Of a DNA stretch of 64,000 nucleotides, positions 25,375 through 32,855 are shown piece by piece; positions within the stretch are counted from its first letter, which is position 1, and each line of letters starts with the position of its first letter. The notes beneath the pieces were generated by a model, which saw only the letters and a program-made list of their open reading frames with translations, did no database searches and was not told the origin of the DNA. Position numbers and translations under genes: made by a program. The stretch is from Eubacteriales bacterium. Lineage in GTDB: Bacteria; Bacillota; Clostridia; Oscillospirales; CAG-272. The stretch is taken from assembly GCA_045612185.1 (NCBI GenBank), contig JAZKYO010000030.1, positions 18,506-82,505 of the forward strand, in the 5' to 3' direction.

Positions 25375-26472
25375 TTACTTAATCTCAACAAGCTTGAAAT
25401 TGTCGAAGTAAGGCATGGAAACACCGTTGGATTTAACGTCGAAGAAACGAAGTTCAAAGTTTCCATTGTACTTGGCATCGGAATGATTGGTGATATCCTT
25501 GGAACCAATACTTACACCGTCAATATAAACCGAAACCTTCCATGTGGAAGTATCTATGATACCGACACAGTTGTACCACTTTCCAATTTCGGCTTTTATG
25601 CTGTTGGCATCGTTATGACCTGCATCTTGAGTGGAAAGCACTCCGTCAGCCTCGTAATACTTAACGATCCAAGCATATGTAGAACGACCTCCAACAAACG
25701 AGAAGATAGACTCACCTCTGTGAGTAAGTCCCTGTGTAGTAAGCTTGAAATCAAAGCTTACAAGGAGCTTGGTATTAGTGGGAATAACCTCGGGGGCGTA
25801 CTTAAGCCAAAGCGCACCGTTAGTCTGCAATGCGCTGCCCTCATACTTCATGCCTTCAGGCTTGGTAACTGCAAAAGCGGGATAGTTTGCGAACTCAGCC
25901 TCGCTGTCAAAGTCAAGCTTGAGAATGGGGGCCTGCTCACCAAACTTAGCGGTCTGACCGCACTTTGTACAAGTGCTTGCCACGCCTTCCTTGGAAACGG
26001 AGATCTTAGTAAGGTCGTAAGCGTGAGCTGCCTTAACAACAGTCTCTTCCTTGCTTCCGCAACGGTAGCACTCGCTCTTTGCCAAGCCATCGGCTGTACA
26101 CGTTGCCTCTGTTATAACGGAATCAACAAAAAGGTGACCGTACTTTTCAACAAGGAGCTTTCCGCAAGTTGCGCAAACAGAATCCTCTGTGCAAGTAGCA
26201 TCCTTAGCATCGTGCATTGCGAAAGGAACGGGCATTTCGCTTCCCTCTTCAACTTCACCGCACTCACACTTCATAACCTTTTTACCGAGAGACGTACAAG
26301 TAGGTTCAAGCGTAACCGCCTCAACGTACGCATGAACATGGGTGGAAGGATTGTCATCAACTACGGGAGGATTGTCTCCGGCAGGAGCTGTGGTCTCGTT
26401 ACCGCTAGGGCCGCATGCAACTATTGCCAATGCCATAACAAGCACAAGAGCAAACAATAAAAACTTTTTCAT
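25375..26472 (-). CDS. surface lipoprotein, His/Cys-module family (4 modules) plus beta-sandwich-like C-terminal domain (paralog 2 of 6)
   Basis: The RBS is AAGGAG and the lipobox is 'AIVAC'. The modules are 'HVHAYVEAVTLEPTCTSLGKKVMKCECG', 'HDAKDATCTEDSVCATCG', 'HLFVDSVITEATCTADGLAKSECYRCG' and 'HAYDLTKISVSKEGVASTCTKCG'. The tail is 'YFDNFKLVEIK'. Confidence 0.55.
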   Translation of the reverse strand: MKKFLLFALVLVMALAIVACGPSGNETTAPAGDNPPVVDDNPSTHVHAYVEAVTLEPTCTSLGKKVMKCECGEVEEGSEMPVPFAMHDAKDATCTEDSVCATCGKLLVEKYGHLFVDSVITEATCTADGLAKSECYRCGSKEETVVKAAHAYDLTKISVSKEGVASTCTKCGQTAKFGEQAPILKLDFDSEAEFANYPAFAVTKPEGMKYEGSALQTNGALWLKYAPEVIPTNTKLLVSFDFKLTTQGLTHRGESIFSFVGGRSTYAWIVKYYEADGVLSTQDAGHNDANSIKAEIGKWYNCVGIIDTSTWKVSVYIDGVSIGSKDITNHSDAKYNGNFELRFFDVKSNGVSMPYFDNFKLVEIK

Positions 26473-26518
26473 AACAAATCTCCTTTAATGTATTTGCGTT
26501 AGCTATTTGTTTAAAAAC

Positions 26519-26547
26519 ATTTTAACATATCGAGGCAATTTTGTCAA
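26519..26547 (-). promoter_or_regulatory. promoter of His/Cys lipoprotein paralog 2
   Basis: Minus strand reads TTGACA-17-TAAAAT. Confidence 0.6.
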
Positions 26548-26595
26548 GTGTTTTTAAATCGAATTTTGACACCTTTATCTGTTTTGACTAAGGGG

Positions 26596-26625
26596 ACAAA
26601 AAACCGCCCCGCTAAAGCGAGGCGG
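26596..26625 (-). terminator. terminator of lipoprotein paralog 3
   Basis: ccgccccgc-taaa-gcgaggcgg with one mismatch, followed by U7. Confidence 0.7.
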
Positions 26626-26638
26626 CAAAAATTTTAGC

Positions 26639-27769
26639 TTACTTAAGAGCAGAAATTGTAAAGTTATCGATGATGTGACCGAAGGCAGGACCGTCACCAA
26701 ATCTGAAGCTCGCGTTCTTTTCAGCAAGTCCGCCTATATTTGCAGCCGGAATGCTCATACCGATATATGAACCGTTTACAAATACATGCGCGCCCTTAGT
26801 TGCGGGAGATACTACAAGCTGAATCTTATACTGAACATTACGCTCGAAAGATATACTATTGGCATCACTAAATTCCGCAGTTACCGTAGCTAATTTATCA
26901 TTATCCTCAATAGCCTTGATCATCCAACCCCAACCTATTGATCCAACACTTGTCTGAGCGCCGTTGAAGTGGTTGCTAAGGAGAGAGAATACAGATCCTG
27001 CGGAACCGGCAGCAGCTTCCTGGGTAGTAGCATAATCAAAGCTGATTACGAAAGTACCGAGAGCTGCAAGCTTTGCGGGATCGACGATGTTAATATATTC
27101 GGGCTTACCAGAATTAAGAATGAAAGCCTTAGATCCGTTAAAGTCGCCAATTTTCCATCCTTCCGGCTTATAAATCTCGAGGCCTATCTCGTTTGCCGCC
27201 TCAGCAGCAAGATCAGCGTCAAAAGTAAGGCTGAAAGCAGGAGCCTGAGCTGTAACAGTTACATTCTGACCGCAGATAGAGCAAGTGGTTGCGAATCCGC
27301 CGGCAGCGGCAGTAATAGCAGCGTCCTTAGCGGGAACGTGACCTGTTGCGGGAACATCCTTTTCAATCATCTTACCGCAGGTAAGGCAAGTACCGCTCTG
27401 CTTGCCGGGAGCGGAGCAGGTTGCTGCGTTAACGTCGTTATAGCTTGCGACTGTATGACCGGCAGCGGGAGTAAGTACTTCGTTACATACCGTACATACC
27501 GTATCCTTCTCGCAATCAGCTGCGGAAGGCTGATGGTCAGCAAAGCCAAGGGTTTCCTCAGACTGAACGTCGCCGCACTCACAAACGAGCTTCTTGGAGC
27601 CTGCTGTTGTGCAAGTGGGAGCCACGATGTCCTCTTCATAAACATGAACGTGTTCTGTTACCTCGTCTGTGGGAGGTGTTGTATCCTGGGGCTGTGTATC
27701 TCCGCCGCAAGCGACGAGAGCAAGTGCCAGCACAAGGATTGTGAGAGTGATTAAAAGCTTTTTAATCAT
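26639..27769 (-). CDS. surface lipoprotein, His/Cys-module family (4 modules) plus beta-sandwich-like C-terminal domain (paralog 3 of 6)
   Basis: The RBS is AAGGAG and the lipobox is 'ALVAC'. The modules are 'HVHVYEEDIVAPTCTTAGSKKLVCECG', 'HQPSAADCEKDTVCTVCN', 'HTVASYNDVNAATCSAPGKQSGTCLTCG' and 'HVPAKDAAITAAAGGFATTCSICG'. The tail is 'HIIDNFTISALK'. Confidence 0.55.
   Translation of the reverse strand: MIKKLLITLTILVLALALVACGGDTQPQDTTPPTDEVTEHVHVYEEDIVAPTCTTAGSKKLVCECGDVQSEETLGFADHQPSAADCEKDTVCTVCNEVLTPAAGHTVASYNDVNAATCSAPGKQSGTCLTCGKMIEKDVPATGHVPAKDAAITAAAGGFATTCSICGQNVTVTAQAPAFSLTFDADLAAEAANEIGLEIYKPEGWKIGDFNGSKAFILNSGKPEYINIVDPAKLAALGTFVISFDYATTQEAAAGSAGSVFSLLSNHFNGAQTSVGSIGWGWMIKAIEDNDKLATVTAEFSDANSISFERNVQYKIQLVVSPATKGAHVFVNGSYIGMSIPAANIGGLAEKNASFRFGDGPAFGHIIDNFTISALK
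27561..27769 (-). repeat. 209-nt 5' gene segment nearly identical to 28897..29105
   Basis: A gap-free hand alignment of the 5' ends of paralogs 3 and 4 gives 18 mismatches in 209 nt by my count. This is far more similar than the 3' halves of the genes. Confidence 0.75.
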
Positions 27770-27822
27770 TGGTAATTTCTCCTTAAAAATTTTATTTTGG
27801 GAATTATATCATCCACCTCATC

Positions 27823-27851
27823 ATTTTATCACGCTAAAGTGAATTTGTCAA
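27823..27851 (-). promoter_or_regulatory. promoter of His/Cys lipoprotein paralog 3
   Basis: Minus strand reads TTGACA-17-TAAAAT. Confidence 0.6.
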
Positions 27852-27920
27852 CCCAAAAAGGGATTCCGACACAAATTTCGTCAACTAACTCCAAACTCAA
27901 ATCGATTTTTTTGTGCAATA

Positions 27921-27952
27921 TAAACAAACCGCCCGACATTAGTCGGGCGGTT
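27921..27952 (-). terminator. terminator of lipoprotein paralog 4
   Basis: aaccgcccgac-atta-gtcgggcggtt. Confidence 0.75.
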
Positions 27953-27965
27953 ATAATCCAATTGA

Positions 27966-29105
27966 TTACTTGAGTGCCGAAATTGTGAAGTTATCAAACA
28001 CCTGAACGCATGCGGGTCCGTCTCCAAAGCGGAAGGTCATAGTACCGTCAGCAGTGCCTGCAAGAGCTATTCCCTGCTTTGCGTCACCAATATACTGTCC
28101 GTTGACGAAAACTTGCTTTGATGTCGAATTTGCATCCATTATAATCTGAACTTTATACTTAACGTTTTCCTTGAGGACAAAGCTGTTGGAAGCATTTGTA
28201 TCGGTAGAGTTTACGGTAGCGATAGCGGAATTGTTTGCTATAAGCTTAGCCGCCCAACCCCACTTGGTTTCATTTTGGGTTTTAAGATTTTTACCATCAT
28301 AAAAATTGCCAAGAACCGAGAACACAGAAGCTCTGGCATCTGCCACAACTTTAGTAACCATATAGTCAAAGCTTACAACGAATGTTCCAAGCTCCTCAAA
28401 GGGCTTAGCAGAAGGAATGTTGACGTAGTATACCTTTTGGGGACCTTCAGACAAAAGAGCCTTGCTTCCGTCCATTTCGGTCACTGCCCAATTTTGGGGC
28501 TTTATGGGAACCAACCCAAGAGCGTTGCCGCTCATTTCGGTTTCTACGTCTGCCTCAAAAGTAAGGTTAACAATGGGAGCCTGAGCCTTGAGCGTTACAG
28601 TCTGACCGCAAGAACCGCACAAAAGAGTAAATCCGTCTGCAACCGCTGTAGGCGTGCTTCCGGCAGCGGGAACATGTCCTGTTTTAGGAATATCCGTCTC
28701 AACTCTTTTACCGCATGTAAGGCAAGTGCTGACAGCTTTTCCTGTAGTGGAGCAGCTTGCAGCCGTAACAATTATCTGGTCGGTCATAGTATGTCCCGCT
28801 GCGGGAGCCATAACCGTGTTACAAACCGTACAAACGGTATCCTTTTCACAGTCGGGCGCAGAGGGGGTGTGATCAAGAATTCCGATAACTTCATCGGACT
28901 GAACGTCACCGCACTCACAAACGAGCTTCTTGGAGCCTGCTGTTGTACAAGTGGGAGCTACGATGTCCTCTTCATAAACATGAACGTGCTCGGTCACTTC
29001 ATCTGTGGGAGGTGTTGTATCCTGGGGCTGTGTATCTCCGCCGCAAGAGACGAGAGCAAGCGCAAGCACAAGAATAGCGAGTGTAATTAAAAACTTTCTA
29101 ATCAT
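27966..29105 (-). CDS. surface lipoprotein, His/Cys-module family (4 modules) plus beta-sandwich-like C-terminal domain (paralog 4 of 6)
   Basis: I chose the ATG at 29105, which sits 9 nt after AAGGAG. The track start at 29111 is a TTG. The lipobox is 'ALVSC'. The N-terminal ~70 aa are nearly identical to paralog 3. The tail is 'VFDNFTISALK'. It begins 29 nt after the paralog 5 stop with no terminator between them. Confidence 0.55.
   Translation of the reverse strand: MIRKFLITLAILVLALALVSCGGDTQPQDTTPPTDEVTEHVHVYEEDIVAPTCTTAGSKKLVCECGDVQSDEVIGILDHTPSAPDCEKDTVCTVCNTVMAPAAGHTMTDQIIVTAASCSTTGKAVSTCLTCGKRVETDIPKTGHVPAAGSTPTAVADGFTLLCGSCGQTVTLKAQAPIVNLTFEADVETEMSGNALGLVPIKPQNWAVTEMDGSKALLSEGPQKVYYVNIPSAKPFEELGTFVVSFDYMVTKVVADARASVFSVLGNFYDGKNLKTQNETKWGWAAKLIANNSAIATVNSTDTNASNSFVLKENVKYKVQIIMDANSTSKQVFVNGQYIGDAKQGIALAGTADGTMTFRFGDGPACVQVFDNFTISALK
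28897..29105 (-). repeat. 209-nt 5' gene segment nearly identical to 27561..27769
   Basis: This is the partner copy of the repeat at 27561..27769. Confidence 0.75.
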
Positions 29106-29134
29106 AGTCAAAAACTCCTTTAAAAATATATTTA

Positions 29135-30262
29135 TTATTTAAGGTCAGCAATAACAAAGTTATCAAATATTTGTCCGCACTTGGGACCGTCACCGAATCT
29201 GATGGTGAGGTTTTCCTGTCCCATAATAGAAAGTGTGGGAATTTCGGAGCAAATACCGATATAAGTTCCGTCAACGAACATATGAGCAACTCTCGCTGTG
29301 GGAACTATAACAGCCTGAATCTTATAATTCTTATTACGCTCGATAGCGATGCTGGTAGTATCGTTAATCTTATCAGCCTCTTTCTTGGTAGCAATCACGT
29401 CAAACTTTTCAACGAGCTTAACAAGCCATCCCCAAGCGGTGCTTCCCTTGGCGGTCTGAGCACCATTGTAGAAGTTGCCAAGGAAGGACACAATAGATGC
29501 TGCGTCACTCTCAGCGCCCTCTGCAGTACTCATATAATCAAAGCTTAAAAGGAAGGTTCCAAGTGCAGCCAGCTTATCGGCATCAGATATGTTCAAGTAT
29601 GCGATGTCGCTGTTTCCGTTAACTTTAAGCACGCCGTCAGACACTTTCCAAACCTCGGGCTTAAAAACTGTAATACCGATATCATTCTTGGCATCGGTTT
29701 CGATATCTTCTTCAAAGGTAAGTTCAAACACGGGGGCCTGAGCCTTAAGCACTACCGACTGTCCGCAAGAAGCGCAAGTGATAGCGAAGCCGTCGGCGGC
29801 TACGGTAATCGCACCGTCCTTGGCAAGAATATGCCCGGTTGCCGGAATTTCGTTTTCTACGATTTTTCCACAATTAAGGCACGCGCCCTTTTCTTTTCCC
29901 GCTGCGAAGCAAGTAGCTTCGGAAACGATTTCCTTGTCACCGAAGATATGACCGGTTGCGGTGGTAAGTACTTCGTTACATACGACACACACCGTGTCCT
30001 TTTCGCAATCAACGACTGAAGGCGTATGATCTACAACCCCGAGAACATTTTCGGACTGCACATCACCGCACTCGCAAACCAATTTCACGGATCCCTCAGA
30101 TGTGCAAGTGGAAGCAACAATCACCTCACTGTAAATATGAACGTGCTCAGTTACCTCATCGGCAGGGGGCGTGGTATCATCAACAACAGGCGGAGTAGGA
30201 CCGCAAGCTATGAGAATAAACGCCACTACCACAACAACAATAATTGACAAAACTTTTGACAT
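29135..30262 (-). CDS. surface lipoprotein, His/Cys-module family (4 modules) plus beta-sandwich-like C-terminal domain (paralog 5 of 6)
   Basis: I moved the start to the ATG at 30262 ('MSKVLSII', RBS AAGGAGG). The longer track ORF would run through the predicted promoter. The lipobox is 'ILIAC'. The modules include 'HVHIYSEVIVASTCTSEGSVKLVCECG' and 'HTPSVVDCEKDTVCVVCN'. The tail is 'IFDNFVIADLK'. Confidence 0.55.
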   Translation of the reverse strand: MSKVLSIIVVVVVAFILIACGPTPPVVDDTTPPADEVTEHVHIYSEVIVASTCTSEGSVKLVCECGDVQSENVLGVVDHTPSVVDCEKDTVCVVCNEVLTTATGHIFGDKEIVSEATCFAAGKEKGACLNCGKIVENEIPATGHILAKDGAITVAADGFAITCASCGQSVVLKAQAPVFELTFEEDIETDAKNDIGITVFKPEVWKVSDGVLKVNGNSDIAYLNISDADKLAALGTFLLSFDYMSTAEGAESDAASIVSFLGNFYNGAQTAKGSTAWGWLVKLVEKFDVIATKKEADKINDTTSIAIERNKNYKIQAVIVPTARVAHMFVDGTYIGICSEIPTLSIMGQENLTIRFGDGPKCGQIFDNFVIADLK

Positions 30263-30308
30263 AATGACAACCTCCTTAATAAATATTTGTATCATTGAAG
30301 ACAAATAA

Positions 30309-30337
30309 ATTTTATCACCAAAAAAGCTTTTTGTCAA
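30309..30337 (-). promoter_or_regulatory. promoter of His/Cys lipoprotein paralogs 5 and 4
   Basis: Minus strand reads TTGACA-17-TAAAAT. Confidence 0.6.
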
Positions 30338-30409
30338 CTGTCACGCGGTCAAAAAATCCTTTTTGTGAAAACAGCACAACAAACCCTTTTGTTTTTTGTA
30401 CAACACTTC

Positions 30410-30441
30410 AAAAAAATTCCCGAGCGCGTACACACTCGGGA
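30410..30441 (-). terminator. terminator of lipoprotein paralog 6
   Basis: tcccgag-cgcgtacaca-ctcggga, followed by U7. Confidence 0.7.
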
Positions 30442-30452
30442 GCAAAACAATA

Positions 30453-31451
30453 TCACTTTTTGAAGGTAAGACCACTGGGAACCACAAACTCAGGGGCGTC
30501 GGCAACGTACGCTTTGAGGTTATCTGCCAAAGCCGCAAATCCCACCTTACGGTCAAAATATCGGATATACGACTTAGAAACATCTGCGGGAGGAACAATA
30601 TACACCACGTCCTTACGCTCAAGCTTTTCGTCAACGTACACGTCGGCAAGTCCCGCGGTTGGGTTATATACTATGGTAATATTATTGTATCCCTTATTTT
30701 TCAGCTTCACCGAAAGCGGCTCTTTGCTTCCGCTTACGTAAAGAGAACCATCGGTTCCGACAAGCACGATTCCGCTGTTATAGGTTTCTTTACCTTTTGA
30801 ATTGCGGTAAGACACCGAAAAAAGATTAAGCGTTTCTCTTGGGTAGCTCTCAAACATTACGTCCATAGAGACAACTATTTTTTTACTGGTAATACTTCTT
30901 GTATTCTCCCAAACGCAATAGTTACATTCGTGAACGTAAATATAGTTACCGTCCACGTTGCTCCTTATCTCAACGTCACCCTTGGTTTTGTCGGCGGAAG
31001 AAATAGTATAGTACTCAAGATTCTTTTGAGCGTTGGTAGCGTCTTTTACCGAATCAAATCCCTCATAGGTCATATTGAAAAGATAGCTTTGAAGCTTTAC
31101 TATCTTATAATCGCCGCAAAGCGAGCAAGTTTTTTTCACGTATTTTCCCGTAGAATCCTTTACTTCGACGTACTTATGGGCAGACGGAATGAGATTTCTG
31201 TAAGTTATTCCGCACTCACATCCGTATTCCTCGAAACCCTCGTCAACGCAAGTACCAGCCACGGTATTTATCACCTTATAGTCGTGGACGTGGGGTGGCT
31301 CGGTTTCCTCAGGTTCTTCAGGTTCTGTCTCCATGGGCTCGGTTGAAATGCCGCTCTCCTCGGGCAAGGTTGTTTCTTCACCGTTTCCGCAAGAAACAAT
31401 TACAATACTCAATATCAATATCGTCAGTACAAGAAACAGTTTTAGCTTCAT
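30453..31451 (-). CDS. surface lipoprotein, His/Cys-module family (2 modules) plus beta-sandwich-like C-terminal domain (paralog 6 of 6, most divergent)
   Basis: I moved the start to the ATG at 31451 ('MKLKLFLVL', RBS GGAGG). The lipobox is 'VIVSC', followed by an E/P/T linker. The modules are 'HVHDYKVINTVAGTCVDEGFEEYGCECG' and 'HKYVEVKDSTGKYVKKTCSLCG'. The tail is 'ALADNLKAYVAD'. Confidence 0.5.
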   Translation of the reverse strand: MKLKLFLVLTILILSIVIVSCGNGEETTLPEESGISTEPMETEPEEPEETEPPHVHDYKVINTVAGTCVDEGFEEYGCECGITYRNLIPSAHKYVEVKDSTGKYVKKTCSLCGDYKIVKLQSYLFNMTYEGFDSVKDATNAQKNLEYYTISSADKTKGDVEIRSNVDGNYIYVHECNYCVWENTRSITSKKIVVSMDVMFESYPRETLNLFSVSYRNSKGKETYNSGIVLVGTDGSLYVSGSKEPLSVKLKNKGYNNITIVYNPTAGLADVYVDEKLERKDVVYIVPPADVSKSYIRYFDRKVGFAALADNLKAYVADAPEFVVPSGLTFKK

Positions 31452-31481
31452 AAGCGCCTCCGTTAGTTTCACATTGGTTTT

Positions 31482-31510
31482 ATTATAACACATCAAATTA
31501 AAGTTGTCAA
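31482..31510 (-). promoter_or_regulatory. promoter of His/Cys lipoprotein paralog 6
   Basis: Minus strand reads TTGACA-17-TATAAT. Confidence 0.6.
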
Positions 31511-31518
31511 TAAGCATT

Positions 31519-31544
31519 AAAAAAATCCCCCTCTCGGAGGGGGA
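31519..31544 (-). terminator. terminator of the cupin gene
   Basis: tccccctc-tcg-gaggggga, followed by U7. Confidence 0.8.
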
Positions 31545-31549
31545 AAGTT

Positions 31550-32752
31550 TTACTTGCTTTCAGCCATAAATCTGTCAAGCTCGGGATTTTCGGAGAAGTG
31601 TTTAAGCATTACGATAGGCTCGGTTGCGGAGGTATTGGTAATTACAACGCCTTCCTTTGCCGCTTTTTCGGTTACGAAATACTCGTCGTTTGTAAGCTCT
31701 CCGTATCTTATAAGAGTAGGAGTTTCAAGTGTCCAGCTGTTCATAGTTCCGTGTCCCTGAAGCAGGATAAGACCGTAAGCCGCCTCGTCCTTTATCGTCA
31801 CGCTTGCGCCGGGAGCAACGGTAAGGCGCTTTGCGGAAGCGAGCTTGCACTTATAGCATATCCACTCCTCGGTGTAATTCTCGTCCGAATGGATAACCGC
31901 GGGCTTCATAAAGCGGTTCTTTTTGAAGTCGGGGTCGGTATTTGCCTCCCAATCGATAACGTCCATAAGATAGTCGAAGTTGCCCTTCTCCTCCTCGGGG
32001 CAGTTTTTCCACAGAAGGTCCTCGGAAACGCACTCGCCGCCGTAAAGCACCGACTGATACATAGCGTACACGTCGCTGGCGAACTGTGGCTCATAGGTAC
32101 AAAGGCTTGCGGGAGCGTGAAGCACTCCGGGAGGAACGTCCCATCCTGTGTCAAGCGTGATTTTATAAGCCTGAGAAAGGTCAAGGAGTTTATTGTCGCC
32201 CTTTGTGAAGTTTACAAGGCACTCGCGCACCTCCTCCTTAGTAGCATCGGGATTAAGTCCGAAGAATGTAAAAGGAAACGTTCCGCCATGGTTATTGCAC
32301 TGCGACGGGAAGAAATACATTTCGGGCTTTCCGTCCGCGCCTACGCGCTTGGCGTGTTCGTTGCGGTGATGTATATGATGCGGAAGCGGTCCTTTATTAT
32401 CGAAGAACTTAGAGAACATAGGCCACTTGCCATACTTATTCCAAAGGTATTCGCCTACAATTTCAGACTTAAGCTCTTCAACCATATCGCGCAAAAGCAT
32501 TCTCTCTTTTCCGTCCGCGCTGACAACGTAGCTAAGCCCCTCGTCATCGGGGGTTTCGGGTCCGTTTTCGGCATGAGTGGTGGAGGCAAACCATCTTTCA
32601 TCTATTCCTCCGCGCTCAAGTCCGAGAATATAATAATCATCGGGATGAAGCTTTATTCTTCTTCCCGGGATACAGAAAGCTCTTGGAACCCACACAGGCG
32701 CGAGTCTGAGTATTCCCTTGCCCTCTTCAAGTAATTTTTTAGCCAATTCCAT
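31550..32752 (-). CDS. cupin-fold protein resembling type I phosphomannose isomerase-like sugar isomerases
   Basis: 'GGIDERWFASTTH', 'SKFFDNKGPLPHHIHH' and 'YEPQFASDVYAMY' resemble the PMI type I patterns (ExW..s.H; K.L....LS.Q.HP; E.Q..SD.TYR). The ATG at 32752 has no clear SD and directly abuts a hairpin plus U-tract. The alternative GTG at 32764 lies inside that hairpin. Confidence 0.45.
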   Translation of the reverse strand: MELAKKLLEEGKGILRLAPVWVPRAFCIPGRRIKLHPDDYYILGLERGGIDERWFASTTHAENGPETPDDEGLSYVVSADGKERMLLRDMVEELKSEIVGEYLWNKYGKWPMFSKFFDNKGPLPHHIHHRNEHAKRVGADGKPEMYFFPSQCNNHGGTFPFTFFGLNPDATKEEVRECLVNFTKGDNKLLDLSQAYKITLDTGWDVPPGVLHAPASLCTYEPQFASDVYAMYQSVLYGGECVSEDLLWKNCPEEEKGNFDYLMDVIDWEANTDPDFKKNRFMKPAVIHSDENYTEEWICYKCKLASAKRLTVAPGASVTIKDEAAYGLILLQGHGTMNSWTLETPTLIRYGELTNDEYFVTEKAAKEGVVITNTSATEPIVMLKHFSENPELDRFMAESK

Positions 32753-32812
32753 ATAAAAAAGCACCGTCCTTTCTTTTTGTTACTTTTATTGTAACACGAA
32801 GGCGGTGCTTTT
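32751..32812 (-). terminator. long hairpin plus U6 after the AraC gene, abutting the cupin start codon
   Basis: The outer stem (32757-32771 with 32799-32812) has 14 bp and one bulge. The inner hairpin is gttac-ttttatt-gtaac. The U-run ends 2 nt before the ATG at 32752. Confidence 0.7.
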
Positions 32813-32855
32813 GAATAGAAAATATAACCCCAAAAAGGGGAATTTGGATTATTTA

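Noticed and set aside
24880-26460. 526-aa plus-strand ORF across the lipoprotein region. Similar long antisense ORFs occur at 16249-17118, 18064-18897, 26969-27754, 28275-29090, 31598-32734, 52713-53744 and 62356-63438.
   Set aside because: Each lies antisense to a gene with clear motifs, an RBS, a promoter and a terminator. Their translations are low-complexity (Cys/Arg/Ser/Leu-rich) with no recognisable motifs and no SD. They are shadow ORFs of the real genes.
24102-31451. Diversity-generating retroelement or invertible-promoter (phase variation) explanation for the variable lipoprotein array
   Set aside because: There is no reverse transcriptase and no template/variable repeat pair with adenine-specific differences. 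No inverted repeats flank the promoters, and no recombinase gene is present in the window. Divergence looks like ordinary paralog evolution plus recombination at the 5' ends.
24102-31451. Reading the Cys motifs as c-type cytochrome haem sites
   Set aside because: No CXXCH occurs. The His precedes the Cys residues by 6-18 positions, and the CxxC (or CxC) is followed by G/N/A. A structural metal (Zn-like) site is more plausible.
29105-31517. Longer N-terminal extensions in the ORF track for several genes (24102-25196, 29135-30337, 30453-31517, 16027-18891, 18898-21738, 59153-61930 and others)
   Set aside because: The extensions precede the obvious signal peptides, lack an SD, and in several cases run through the predicted promoter. 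Internal starts with good SDs give canonical lipoprotein N-termini.
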